A stretch of DNA of 55,664 nt from a virus (Duplodnaviria; Caudoviricetes). Location: positions 1-55,664 of the IMG/VR virus record IMGVR_UViG_3300019999_000002, one strand, 5' to 3'. A program made the translations under genes and the position numbers. The notes beneath the pieces are model-generated. The model saw only the letters and a program-made list of their open reading frames with translations, was not told where the DNA came from and did no database searches. Shown here piece by piece: positions 45,086 to 55,351 of the stretch (its first letter is position 1; each line of letters opens with the position of its first letter).

Positions 45086-47458
45086 TTACTTTCCGACTGG
45101 ATCGGGCTCTGGCTTCGGCTTGGCGGCTGATTTTCGTTCTTCCATCTCCAGCTTGGTTTCTTCCTCCGTGGCGGGAACCATTCCGGCCTGTGCCTCCATC
45201 TGACGTTTGATAGACGGTGGCGCGTCCTTATAGGAAATGCTTTCGCTTGGAGAATGCTGGTTCAGATTGTCTCGCTGAATTTGCGCGTGAGTGGCGGCAT
45301 CCTTCCTGCGCTGGTCCAAGACGAAACCCTTTTCCTTCTCCGCCTGAGTTTGCTTTGCCTTCTCCGCAGCCAAATCCATTTTCATCTTGCCCATCATGTG
45401 AGTTGTCGAGGCTTTCGCTATCGCGTTCGGGTCCGGTTGGCCTTCCCCGTTCATGTTCTGTTGCTGCGCGTGTTCCTGGCCGCGTTGGGAGAGCCCTTTG
45501 ACCTGATTCATCAGCTTCCCGAGAGAATCTGAATACTGCTTCACCCGTTGTTTCTCCTGGGGGTTCTGAGCCAGCCGTTGCACGAGTTGTTCAAGGTAAT
45601 TGTTGACCTCGACCAATCCCGAAGCCTCATCTGGAGTTGCCATGTTGTCCCGATTTTCGAGCAGCACGATCTTCCCAGCAAATAGCGGCAGCATCGCCTC
45701 AATCTGATCTATCACCGACAAACCTTCCTTTATTGGCACCGGCACGCCCTGAATGAGCGTTCCAAAGACGTACTGCGAATCGCGCTGGCCATCGGTCACG
45801 CCGCGATCCTTGCCCAACGGAGCCCAGCGAGCGGCTTTGCGGGGGTCTTTGGTGATAACGAGTAATCGTTCATGCAGAATCTCGCGTTGCGCGGTCGGGT
45901 CACATTCGGGAGAAATTTCTCCAAGTTGTTGTGCCTCCGCTGTCGCCATTGTCGGATTTCCCATGCCAAGTGGAGTCACGGCTTCCACCCTCCAAAATTT
46001 GGGGTTCATTTGGCTTACTGGAATACCGGCATCCTTGCACAATTTCTGAAATTCTTTCACGTCCTCGTTCTGAGAATTTGGGCGGCAAAATCTTCGGCAT
46101 TTCTCTATGTAATCCTGATTCTCGTAAATAAACGCCCTACTCAAAAGGCCCGTCATCATCGCATTGACCTGTTGCAACTTCACTGAAGTCTCGAAAGCCG
46201 TCTGTTCCCGGCTGGTGCCGTTATCAATGCTTTGGGTGTAGCTACTCGAAGCTTCCTGTTGCAACTGTTTTAGCTGCGCCATTGCGGTTTCGACCAAGCG
46301 CCCGTCAATCTGATGCCTCTCGGTTTGGGGTATCACCGACACGCCGGTTTTGAGCACGCTGAAATTTGCGAACTCCTGGAGTTGCGCCCGAGCCTTGTCT
46401 ATCGGATCAGTGATGCGCAACCAGGGATTGAAATTGTCGAAGATGTGCTGCAAAAGTTTGCACCGTGCCAGATTTGTGTAGAAACACGGCTCCAATAGCG
46501 CGTAGCCCAGCGAGCGAATCGAATAGACGTGGAAAGGAGCTTTGGCGCTCAAATCGCCGAACTGACATTGCAGGATATGTTCTCGCTTTTTGGCAATCGG
46601 CTTTTCGGAAGTCCAAAGAAACTCATCCGGATCACCCCCATGAACCGCGCCCGTCTCAGGGAGAATCCGCATGAAAAAACCTTCATTATCCTTCTTCGTA
46701 TCATCCTTGAAGTAGAAGTGATAGAGCGGGATGCTTGGCATCGAATCTCCGGTAAAAAATCCTCCGTCCTCCCTCACGATCTCGGCAATCTTTTCGACAT
46801 CGGTTTCGAGATTGTAAGTCCTCCCATTGGAATCAAAATTCAGCTCCTTATAGTTCTTTAGGATTTCGGCTACCTTCTTTTTGCTCCAATGGTTATTCGG
46901 TTTGTCGCTAAATGCTTCTTTCAAAAGCTCTCCTGGCGTATAGGCGTGTCGAGCGCAAAACCAGTCCATCTGCTTGAAGCTGGTAAGCGTATTAGTCGGC
47001 ACTCGGAAATCTTCTACAGCCAAATAATCCCCACACCAATCATCTTCATTTCGATAAAGAGTAGGGCCAATCCCATGGCTGACTACACTCGCCCATTTCG
47101 AGTTATGCAAATCGTAGTATTCGAGTGATTCCCGCATGAACCGATTGATATTCTCCGTGATGAACGTCTCCCACTCACTTTGATGCTCTGCAGGAGCGAA
47201 TGGGAGTTTAACTCGGAAGAAATTATTGTTCCCCCAAAACGCGGTCATGTATTGGCGGCGAGCTTGGGAAATGAGGGTCAACAGTTCTCCCCAGTTGACA
47301 TTGATCTTTAATCCCTGTTTTTTGGCTTCTTCCTCTTTGAGCGGAGGATAACAGTTGATGGCGTTATTCACCTTCAAGCGGTTTTCCGCGCGGGATCGCG
47401 CAACACTGTCGCCCATTCGGATAGTGCTAAGAATTCGTTCAGGCGTGCTAAAATTCAT
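45086..47458 (-). CDS. Portal protein
   Basis: 790 aa downstream of terL. Helical, TAFETSVKLQQ motif, Gln-rich barrel-like tail and SESISYKDAPP C-terminal motif as in P22-like portals. Confidence 0.75.
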   Translation of the reverse strand: MNFSTPERILSTIRMGDSVARSRAENRLKVNNAINCYPPLKEEEAKKQGLKINVNWGELLTLISQARRQYMTAFWGNNNFFRVKLPFAPAEHQSEWETFITENINRFMRESLEYYDLHNSKWASVVSHGIGPTLYRNEDDWCGDYLAVEDFRVPTNTLTSFKQMDWFCARHAYTPGELLKEAFSDKPNNHWSKKKVAEILKNYKELNFDSNGRTYNLETDVEKIAEIVREDGGFFTGDSMPSIPLYHFYFKDDTKKDNEGFFMRILPETGAVHGGDPDEFLWTSEKPIAKKREHILQCQFGDLSAKAPFHVYSIRSLGYALLEPCFYTNLARCKLLQHIFDNFNPWLRITDPIDKARAQLQEFANFSVLKTGVSVIPQTERHQIDGRLVETAMAQLKQLQQEASSSYTQSIDNGTSREQTAFETSVKLQQVNAMMTGLLSRAFIYENQDYIEKCRRFCRPNSQNEDVKEFQKLCKDAGIPVSQMNPKFWRVEAVTPLGMGNPTMATAEAQQLGEISPECDPTAQREILHERLLVITKDPRKAARWAPLGKDRGVTDGQRDSQYVFGTLIQGVPVPIKEGLSVIDQIEAMLPLFAGKIVLLENRDNMATPDEASGLVEVNNYLEQLVQRLAQNPQEKQRVKQYSDSLGKLMNQVKGLSQRGQEHAQQQNMNGEGQPDPNAIAKASTTHMMGKMKMDLAAEKAKQTQAEKEKGFVLDQRRKDAATHAQIQRDNLNQHSPSESISYKDAPPSIKRQMEAQAGMVPATEEETKLEMEERKSAAKPKPEPDPVGK

Positions 47459-47871
47459 CGCGTCCTATCCTCCAACTCCGCACGTTTCCAGCACCAGTTG
47501 GGGAGCTTTTCAATCTCTTTGGCGTCGGTGTGCTCTCGGATTCGTTCAATAGGCGACCACACCAAAAGCTTCAAGCAACATCCGCAAACATCGCAAATCC
47601 CAAGTTCGTTCTCGCCGCTCAACCGCAGACTCATTCGATTTTTCAACTCCAACTGTTTCCGCATCCATTGAGCAACCGGGTCTTTGGTGTGACGATCCCA
47701 CCAACCTGGTTCTCGATTGTGCGGACATGGCTTGCCATTATCGCCGCTCAAACAATGCTGTGCTCGAAACTCTGCCTTAAAAGGTTCCACCGGAGCACCG
47801 CCGTCTCCGAGCCAATCGGCCAAAAGGAGCGCCCCGTTTGCATCAGCCAGGATTTCCTCAAAAACATTCAT
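47455..47871 (-). CDS. Cys-rich protein
   Basis: RAQHC...CPHN...CDVCGCCLKLLVW...CW. Confidence 0.65.
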   Translation of the reverse strand: MNVFEEILADANGALLLADWLGDGGAPVEPFKAEFRAQHCLSGDNGKPCPHNREPGWWDRHTKDPVAQWMRKQLELKNRMSLRLSGENELGICDVCGCCLKLLVWSPIERIREHTDAKEIEKLPNWCWKRAELEDRTR

Positions 47872-48197
47872 GTGAACAGGGCCACGCCACAGCCTTTACA
47901 CGGCTTCTTGCCTTGCAGCACTGGGTTTGGTGCACCGGCATTGCTCCCATCCGTGTCATAGCACCATTCGATCATTCCGCCAAGCCGGTAGCAGGTGAAG
48001 TTTTCGATGTCGGCCAAGGACTCATCAAGACTGGCACGCGGAAGCCCGTTGGCTTTGCGAAACTGATAGACAGCCTGTGCCTGATCCTCGATGAGCGGCA
48101 CGCTGGCAAATTTTCGCGTAATCCCCTTCTGCTGAATATACACGTAACCGCCTGGTGGAGTGATTTCAAAGCTTCTCAATTTGTAACGAGTGGGCAT
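47868..48197 (-). CDS. Hypothetical protein with C-terminal CxxC
   Basis: TPPGGY...RKANG...CYRL...CKGCG. Confidence 0.65.
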   Translation of the reverse strand: MPTRYKLRSFEITPPGGYVYIQQKGITRKFASVPLIEDQAQAVYQFRKANGLPRASLDESLADIENFTCYRLGGMIEWCYDTDGSNAGAPNPVLQGKKPCKGCGVALFT

Positions 48198-50017
48198 TAA
48201 GAATGAACGAGCAAATTATCTTTGATGGCTTTATCCCATGCTTCGGCGTCCGCGTCAAAGGAATCTTCGCCGCTGTCTTGGCCGGCAACAGCATCTCCAA
48301 GCCTCGCAATCAGAAATCCTCTTTGCCTGGCCCCCTCAATGCCTATCGCTAGGGTATCGAACAAATCAGGACTTTTGCCCAGTCTCCGCTTCAAATCCTC
48401 CTTCTTTTTCGGGTCAGACTTCGGCTCGACCTGAATTTTGTTGCCAGCCACCATCTCATAGATACGGGCGCAGCCTTCCGCCATCACTTCCTCTGGCAAT
48501 TCTCGAAGCTGGTTTGCTTCGACACAGTAGCGGACTGAGAACCACATTTCCGAAACGAATTTAGAGTAGTGCTCATAACACATTTTTAGCCGTTTGGTCC
48601 CATTTTCTTCCTCAACAAAAAGGTCTTGCCGGACAGGTCTCTTTGTTGGCTGATCTCCGCTATCCACGGCAACAGGTGGCTTATTTCCAAACTTGATTGC
48701 GAATGGACCGCCGAGCGTTCCCTTGCCGACGGAGTCATAAAAGCAGTCCTCTGACGCTACGCCGTAATTGTTGAGTTCTTCAGCCAGAATATCTGCGATT
48801 TGAAGCTCAACGTCTCGGTCTGTAGAAAGGTCAAATTTGTAAACTCGGTAGCCGACAATTCGAATCAGGATTTCTCCTTCGACAGACTCGCCCCATTCGA
48901 GACACATGCCAACGCAACGGTCATCTCCGCCATAAGTCGGGTCCAGTGAGTAAACACGCTTCAATGGTGTTCCCTTCCAAACAGCTTTCTCCAAAGCATG
49001 ATGTTCCCGGCAAAGTTGCCGGGTAATAACTCTTGAATGAGCGAAGGCAACGCGCATCACGCCTTTAACGAGCCGATAATACTCGAAAGATTCAGGGCCG
49101 TGATCGTGCGCTATTCGGGCGGCAAACTTCCGGCCAACGAGCTTTGGATATGGTTCTGGAGAACCATCGGGGACATCAAAATTAGGAGAATCCGTACCCA
49201 CGAGATTGATGCACTTGGCCCCCATGAATTTCGTTTTCCAAACCTCAGTCTTTTGTGGTTCAGGATGCGAATTCCAACCATCCCCAGGTTCGGCGGTTTT
49301 GCCCAGTTCATCATCGGGATCGTGTTTTGGATTGCCGCTCCCGATGACTTTAACATTGCCGTTTGAGAACAGATGCGGCCACGAGGCAGAGAAAGCTTCT
49401 TGCATGAACTGGAGTTCGTCGGCGACGTAGAAGATATATTCCTGCTTCAAACCGGCTAGAATGCCAAGCCCGACCCAGCGCCCGCCAACATAACAAGGGC
49501 GCCCTATTACACCTTTCCTCATATCCCGAACCCCATCGTCCAATAGATTATCCGTTGAGAGCGCCCTTTTGTGGTCAATTAAGTTCCCTGGAATCCATGG
49601 GTATAGCTCTTTTGCCTGCTTCCAGAGCATTTTGACTTCGCCCCAAACTCCGATGTCCAGCTTGTCCATGTTCACCGTGGAAAGCACAACGAGCGTGTTA
49701 TCGGGGCGCGCAAAATAATTGAGCAGAACGTACTCACAGGCGTGAGAAGTTTTCTGAGTGCTGGCGGCCCCAAGCAAAACGGTTACGTCATTCTCTACGA
49801 AATTGCGGTACATCAGGTCGGTCCAGCGATGACGATAACGGTTCGGCCATGCAAGCTTTCGGGCATTCATCAAATGCTCGAACATACCGAGCCCGACCCG
49901 TGCGCCGTTTGGAGCGGTGAAATAGCCTCCGTTGGCTATGAATGCCAGTTCGATTTCGAGATCATCCTGATCATAGGGTATGCTGAGCCCGTATTTGATT
50001 CTTTTGGCAGTTGACAT
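48197..50017 (-). CDS. terL: Terminase large subunit
   Basis: Walker A-like GAASTQKTS, Walker B FYVADE, coupling motif GSGNP, nuclease motifs SLDPTYGGDD and SPDLFD. Confidence 0.88.
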   Translation of the reverse strand: MSTAKRIKYGLSIPYDQDDLEIELAFIANGGYFTAPNGARVGLGMFEHLMNARKLAWPNRYRHRWTDLMYRNFVENDVTVLLGAASTQKTSHACEYVLLNYFARPDNTLVVLSTVNMDKLDIGVWGEVKMLWKQAKELYPWIPGNLIDHKRALSTDNLLDDGVRDMRKGVIGRPCYVGGRWVGLGILAGLKQEYIFYVADELQFMQEAFSASWPHLFSNGNVKVIGSGNPKHDPDDELGKTAEPGDGWNSHPEPQKTEVWKTKFMGAKCINLVGTDSPNFDVPDGSPEPYPKLVGRKFAARIAHDHGPESFEYYRLVKGVMRVAFAHSRVITRQLCREHHALEKAVWKGTPLKRVYSLDPTYGGDDRCVGMCLEWGESVEGEILIRIVGYRVYKFDLSTDRDVELQIADILAEELNNYGVASEDCFYDSVGKGTLGGPFAIKFGNKPPVAVDSGDQPTKRPVRQDLFVEEENGTKRLKMCYEHYSKFVSEMWFSVRYCVEANQLRELPEEVMAEGCARIYEMVAGNKIQVEPKSDPKKKEDLKRRLGKSPDLFDTLAIGIEGARQRGFLIARLGDAVAGQDSGEDSFDADAEAWDKAIKDNLLVHS

Positions 50018-50069
50018 TAGCAGTGTTCCATGATTAGGCATTGTGCGTGTCCGTTAGCAATTAAAATCT

Positions 50070-50855
50070 ATGTCCCCTACTCCTTGTGTTCCCTGTTGTT
50101 CGTCCCCTCAGATTACCGATATTCCTGGCATGGATGGGGAAGATGGATCTAATGGGTCACCTGGAGCAGCCGGAGCAGCCGGAGCAGCCGCCTTCACAAC
50201 TACCACAGCCGATTTCAATGTTCCTGCGGCTAAGGGCGGAACGGTCACAATATCCGTGGTGGACACATCTCAGATGGCAACCGGGCAAACTGTAGTGGCA
50301 GATGGCCCCGCCACTTTCTCGGTCACAACTATTGTTGGACCAACTAGCGTTACTTTAACGTGGCTGCAAGCTCCATCGGATGTTGCCGCCGGCGCGGCAA
50401 TTACTTCGGGCGCTACAGTGTCACCTTCCGGACCGTACCCGGCCCTGTTTGATTCAACAGTGAGCTACGGCACGGGAGGGCCTCAGGCGATGACGATAAC
50501 ATCATCTCAAATTCTTAGCGTAAGCGTGGTGATTCCCCGAACGGGAAAGTATCTTTTGTTTGCCAGAGTCCTGTGCAACTATGCCGCAGCCACATTTGCA
50601 GCGGTAAAGACGCTTACGTTCAAAGTCCGCCGGACCAATAACACGGCAGCGGACATTTCCAATGCGGCAACTACGGCAAAGATGCAGGTCATCACGACCG
50701 AGACATATACGGTTCCAATGCAACCGATTCCAACCGTGCTCTATTCCGCCACCGCTGGCGATATTTTGCAGATTTATGGAAGTCTGGAAACCGCCCCTGG
50801 CGCCGGCGCAGTCAACGCGCAAGAGGCTGAATTGCTCGCTCAACAAATCTCCTAG
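50070..50855 (+). CDS. Virion fibre/collar-like protein with a short collagen-like segment
   Basis: PCVPCC, G-X-Y run (GMDGEDGSNGSPGAAGAAG), AFTTTTADFNVPA module, beta-rich C-terminal domain. Confidence 0.65.
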   Translation: MSPTPCVPCCSSPQITDIPGMDGEDGSNGSPGAAGAAGAAAFTTTTADFNVPAAKGGTVTISVVDTSQMATGQTVVADGPATFSVTTIVGPTSVTLTWLQAPSDVAAGAAITSGATVSPSGPYPALFDSTVSYGTGGPQAMTITSSQILSVSVVIPRTGKYLLFARVLCNYAAATFAAVKTLTFKVRRTNNTAADISNAATTAKMQVITTETYTVPMQPIPTVLYSATAGDILQIYGSLETAPGAGAVNAQEAELLAQQIS

Positions 50856-52825
50856 TGGCCACTGATTTTAAGAGTCGGGAGCTTTACGACGCACTTGAAG
50901 ATTTCGATGGTGGCGTAAATGAGAATCGCTCGCCGCTAAAACTGCCGCGTAATGTAATGGCGCGGGCAACCAACGTCACCGTACGCGGCGACTTTGCCAC
51001 ACACCGGCCCCCAGTTAAAAAAGTAGCCACTCTCCCCGCTTCAACCATACAAGGAAAGTATCAGGGGGGATGTTACTACAAGCCAGATAATGCTGGCGGA
51101 TCACTTTGCTTCTCCTTGGCTGGAAATTTCGTAAAGTTTTACTTCAATGCCGGAGTTCCTACTTTCAATTTATTCTTTGGAACCAGTCAGGATGCAAACG
51201 CCGATCAACATTGGATGTGGCAATCTGAGAAATGGGTGATTTGGAATGATGGAATAAATTCTCCTGTTTTTTTCAATAACACCTTGGTTTTTAGGGATGC
51301 CGTAGTTCCTCCTGCCAGCTTTTCAACTACCAACACAGCCGACTTTCTAATTCCTGCGGTCGGGGCTTCCGTCGTGGCCGTGTTCGCCGCTGTTGCCAGT
51401 TTGAATATTGGAGACGTGGTTTCTATAAAGAATCAAGGAACCATGCAGGTGCTGGATATAACCGGATTGAATGTCACCCTGTTGAACATTGCCGCCACTC
51501 CAGAGGGTTTTAACGTTGTGTCTGCAACGGTGATTTCTTGGACTCACATTACTCGTGTTTTGCCTCCAGGAAGAATGGGCGCTTACGGGATGGGTAGGAA
51601 TTGGGTGTGCCTGCCAGATGGAAAACAGTTCATCGCCTCGGATATTGTTGGCGGCAGCAGTGGAAGCGTTGCTGAGAATTATCGTGATGCAGTATTAAAA
51701 GTTACCGAGAACCTTTATTTGTCTGGTGGGGGAAATTTTACCGTTCCCGGAAGTATAGGATCAATTCAGTCAATGGCGTTTTCCGCGACTCTCGACTCAT
51801 CATTGGGGCAAGGCCCGTTGCAGGTGTTTACTGATACGCACGTTTTTTCCTGCAATGCCCCAGTTGAACGAACGAAATGGCAGGACATTAACAACCCCAT
51901 TCTTACTGAATCCCTGATTTCTAATGGGGCCAAAGGGCAGAACTCAACCGTGCTCGCCAACGGAGATATTATTTTTCGTTCGATTGATGGGATACGTTCG
52001 CTGATATTGGCCCGACGAGAGTTTGACACTTGGGGGAACACTCCAATTTCAATTGAGGTTGATCCGATTCTCAGGGCTGATGATCCGGGACTGCTGCGAT
52101 TTGGCAGCGCCATCGTGTTCGACAACCGGCTATTGATGACGACTCATCCTGTCAAAGTTGCTTTTGGTGTTTATCACACCGGAATTATACCGCTCAATTT
52201 TGACCCGGTATCTTCACTGCGCGGCAAACTTCCGAGCGTTTATGATGCGGGTATCTGGACGGGGCTAAACGTGCTCCAATTGATTGTGGGCGATTTTGAT
52301 GGTGTGGAGCGTGCCTTTGCCATCGTCCTGAATACGTCCAATGAAATTGAGATTTGGGAGATTCTCAAGGATGGAAACCATGACGAGACAAACACCCCGA
52401 TTGTCTGGGATTTCGCTTCTGCATCGTTAAAGTTCGGTCAAGACGACCCGAGACAACGCGATTTGCTTCGACTGCAAGACGGGGAAATCTATGTGGATAA
52501 ATTGGTCGGAACAGTTCGGTTTGAAGCTTTTTACAAGCCCGATCAATATCCCTGCTGGGTGTCTTGGTTCTCGTGGACCGAATGCCAAACATCGGACGCA
52601 AGTGATTCAAAGCCTGGATTTAGGCCGCGCATGGGCTTGGGAGAACCCAGCGGTTATCCATGTGATGAAAATGTGAACCGGCCATTGCGCGAGTGTTACA
52701 CGATGCAGTTTCGTCTGGTTGTGCGAGGCCATTGCCGATTTCTTGGTGCCCGATTCAAGGCTTCAACTATCCCTCAGCCAGAATTTGCTCCCCAACAATG
52801 TGCTACCATCTGTGAACAAACATGA
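50855..52825 (+). CDS. Probable tail nozzle / tail tubular protein B-like
   Basis: DFDGGVN...P..LP.N...ATNV N-terminus; beta-rich 656 aa; position in the tail operon. Confidence 0.65.
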   Translation: MATDFKSRELYDALEDFDGGVNENRSPLKLPRNVMARATNVTVRGDFATHRPPVKKVATLPASTIQGKYQGGCYYKPDNAGGSLCFSLAGNFVKFYFNAGVPTFNLFFGTSQDANADQHWMWQSEKWVIWNDGINSPVFFNNTLVFRDAVVPPASFSTTNTADFLIPAVGASVVAVFAAVASLNIGDVVSIKNQGTMQVLDITGLNVTLLNIAATPEGFNVVSATVISWTHITRVLPPGRMGAYGMGRNWVCLPDGKQFIASDIVGGSSGSVAENYRDAVLKVTENLYLSGGGNFTVPGSIGSIQSMAFSATLDSSLGQGPLQVFTDTHVFSCNAPVERTKWQDINNPILTESLISNGAKGQNSTVLANGDIIFRSIDGIRSLILARREFDTWGNTPISIEVDPILRADDPGLLRFGSAIVFDNRLLMTTHPVKVAFGVYHTGIIPLNFDPVSSLRGKLPSVYDAGIWTGLNVLQLIVGDFDGVERAFAIVLNTSNEIEIWEILKDGNHDETNTPIVWDFASASLKFGQDDPRQRDLLRLQDGEIYVDKLVGTVRFEAFYKPDQYPCWVSWFSWTECQTSDASDSKPGFRPRMGLGEPSGYPCDENVNRPLRECYTMQFRLVVRGHCRFLGARFKASTIPQPEFAPQQCATICEQT

Positions 52826-54309
52826 GCGACTGCCTTGGCTGCGGAGCGGAGATTGATTGTCCTGATGACACAGATTTTGAATCATCCCTCACCGGCCCCC
52901 CTTTGTTTCCATTCGTGGTCAACTGTCCTGCTGGTTTTTCTTGCAGCGGTGGCGCCGGCGGCTCTGGATCTGCGGATGGATGGACAGTCACGGCAGATTG
53001 CTGCGGCCACCACATTGAACGGAAAGGAACCGGAATTCTCACCGAGCAACAGGTTTCCGATCTCATCGCCGGCATTATCGAAGAATGCCGGCAATACGCG
53101 GCTGAGTGCCCAAATCCGCCAACCAATCCTGATCCCATTGTGCCTCAAGTGTGGTTTTTCAATGAACCTCAGACGTGTTCAGCTTCATGTCCAAATGGTC
53201 AGGGGGCATCTTTTACCGTTCCTGCTGCGCAATACATTGCTCCGACTCAATCTCAGGCAAACAGAATCGCGCATGAAGATGCCTGCAACAAAGCCCGGAT
53301 ATTACTCAATTGCCAACAACTAGGATTTGATATGCCACTCGACCAAGCTGTTTACGACCCGGTGAGAGACGTGATCTTCGGCGTGCGAGGGGGCTATATC
53401 TTTGAGTTCGATGCCAGCACGGGATTGCCAACCGCGAACCGAAGCCGGTTTGCCAGTAATGGATTCCGGTCTTTCGTATGCTACGAACCAATTACCGACC
53501 GAATTTTTGTTTCATTCGCCGCAGATGTGGGTGGGTGGGATTGCTCTCTTACAACCAAGCCCGCTTTGTGCATCTACAAAATAAACCCCGCAACTCTGGC
53601 AGTCGAAACGACCTACGACCTTGGAACAAATCTTCTGGTGCAAGGAGGATTTACTCTTTGCAACTCCGGCGGCGGATACTTTGGAGGAGGGATACGAAAC
53701 CTAGTTCAGTTCAATGGTTACATTTACGGGGTGGCCTCGTATGCTGGTGCCCATAGTGTGTTTTCTCCGTTCCGATTAAACGTAACTACCGGGGCACTGG
53801 AAGGGTTTAACGGGAACTGGAACGATGATGGGCATTGTCCCATTGCTGTTAATGCCAGCGGTTATTTTTTTGTATCATGGAGTAATACTTTCGTGCCGTT
53901 CAACCTGGGTCTTTTAATGGATGGAACTATAAACGCACAAGGGCCATTTCCTTCCATATTTGATCCGATTGCTCCGCCAGTCGGTGGTTTCGCACTGCTG
54001 CCCACCAACGAATTAGTGGTTGTATCCAAAACTCCCAACCTATACCGGGTAGCCGCCGACCTTCAATCCGCCGCTCACTTCACCTTATCGGATGCTTTGG
54101 CTACACCTTATTGGTGCCGACTTAGCCCTTACGACGGGCTGGTTTATATCCCCACTTTCCGTAGTAACAAAGTAATCGTCTGGAACCCGGGCACCAACTC
54201 GGAGGTTGCCACCAAAACCGGCTTCGACTCTCCCTTCGACATGGTTTTCACGCCTGCAAAGGCTTGGGCCGTGCAGCAAGGGCTGGTTTCGTTAAAGGAG
54301 ATAACTTGA
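52822..54309 (+). CDS. Cys-rich N-domain plus beta-propeller-like tail protein
   Basis: Many Cys; SQANRIAHEDAC motif; repeats YDPVRDVIF, YEPITDRIFV, SPYDGLVYI. Confidence 0.6.
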   Translation: MSDCLGCGAEIDCPDDTDFESSLTGPPLFPFVVNCPAGFSCSGGAGGSGSADGWTVTADCCGHHIERKGTGILTEQQVSDLIAGIIEECRQYAAECPNPPTNPDPIVPQVWFFNEPQTCSASCPNGQGASFTVPAAQYIAPTQSQANRIAHEDACNKARILLNCQQLGFDMPLDQAVYDPVRDVIFGVRGGYIFEFDASTGLPTANRSRFASNGFRSFVCYEPITDRIFVSFAADVGGWDCSLTTKPALCIYKINPATLAVETTYDLGTNLLVQGGFTLCNSGGGYFGGGIRNLVQFNGYIYGVASYAGAHSVFSPFRLNVTTGALEGFNGNWNDDGHCPIAVNASGYFFVSWSNTFVPFNLGLLMDGTINAQGPFPSIFDPIAPPVGGFALLPTNELVVVSKTPNLYRVAADLQSAAHFTLSDALATPYWCRLSPYDGLVYIPTFRSNKVIVWNPGTNSEVATKTGFDSPFDMVFTPAKAWAVQQGLVSLKEIT

Positions 54310-54340
54310 CCGCGAACCACAAAATGAATAAGGAGGAACC

Positions 54341-55348
54341 GTGCTGACGCTTGCTGACTGCCGCGACCCGATGACGGGCATCGCTGATATTGCTGGGTGT
54401 TGTACTGATACCTTCAAGTTCAGCAGCCTGATAAATCAGGCCACCAGCAACCTTTTGCGGCGTGGAGATTGGTCTGGAACCGTTGTGCCGATTCAGGTCT
54501 GTGTAAAAAGAGGCTGCATCGTTTGGCCTCGCTACGTTTTGAATGTCAGAAAAATAAGTCTCTGCAGCAACGCTCTTCCCGTTCACAATCTTTGGTATCA
54601 ATTTCTGCCTCGTGATGTGTGCGGCACAGGCTGGAGAAAATGGGGGCACGGCGAATGCGCCTTGTTCGCCAATGGCCACGCACCGACATATTCCAGCGTC
54701 TATGGCGATGGAAGATTGATTCGTGCCTACCCTCGTACTTTGGATGACCTGGGGAAAACCATTCGCATCTTCGGAGTGGACAATGGTAATCAGCCGCTCA
54801 AGACCAACAACGGAGACGGCACCTGGAGCGAGGGTATTGTTATCACTTTGGGCCGGCCGTACGGCAGCACGTCAGTTTATGTTCGGCGCATTGATCGAGT
54901 CGTAAAGGAAGTTACCCAAGGCCAAGTGCTTCTTTATGCTTACGACGTGGTTAACGACATTTTGGAGGATTTGGCGATATACGATCCAGGCGAGACGACC
55001 CCAAGCTACGCCCGGTATCAGTTGGGAGAACCATCCAATCGGTGCGGAAATCAGCCACAAGGCTGTTGTGGCACTTCGTTAAGCGTGGTTGCGCTGGTGA
55101 AGCTACGATTTATACCTGCCAAATTCGACACGGATTTGATTCTCGTGGACAACGCCGATGCAATCAAGTTGGCGGTTCAGGCTATAAAATGTCAGGATGC
55201 AGGAGACAGAGAGGGCTACAAAGAGAACATGATTTTCGCTGTGAACACTCTGAATCGCCAACTCGAGGATGAATCTCCAGATGACCAATTCAGCTCGGAA
55301 AATGAAACCTTTGGTGGTGGGGTTTCCTATTCGCAAAAAATGTTCTGA
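54341..55348 (+). CDS. Probable head-tail adaptor / tail tubular protein A-like
   Basis: TLADCR...INQATSNLL.RGDW N-terminus; helical C-terminus AVNTLNRQLE. Confidence 0.6.
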   Translation: MLTLADCRDPMTGIADIAGCCTDTFKFSSLINQATSNLLRRGDWSGTVVPIQVCVKRGCIVWPRYVLNVRKISLCSNALPVHNLWYQFLPRDVCGTGWRKWGHGECALFANGHAPTYSSVYGDGRLIRAYPRTLDDLGKTIRIFGVDNGNQPLKTNNGDGTWSEGIVITLGRPYGSTSVYVRRIDRVVKEVTQGQVLLYAYDVVNDILEDLAIYDPGETTPSYARYQLGEPSNRCGNQPQGCCGTSLSVVALVKLRFIPAKFDTDLILVDNADAIKLAVQAIKCQDAGDREGYKENMIFAVNTLNRQLEDESPDDQFSSENETFGGGVSYSQKMF

Positions 55349-55351
55349 CCT

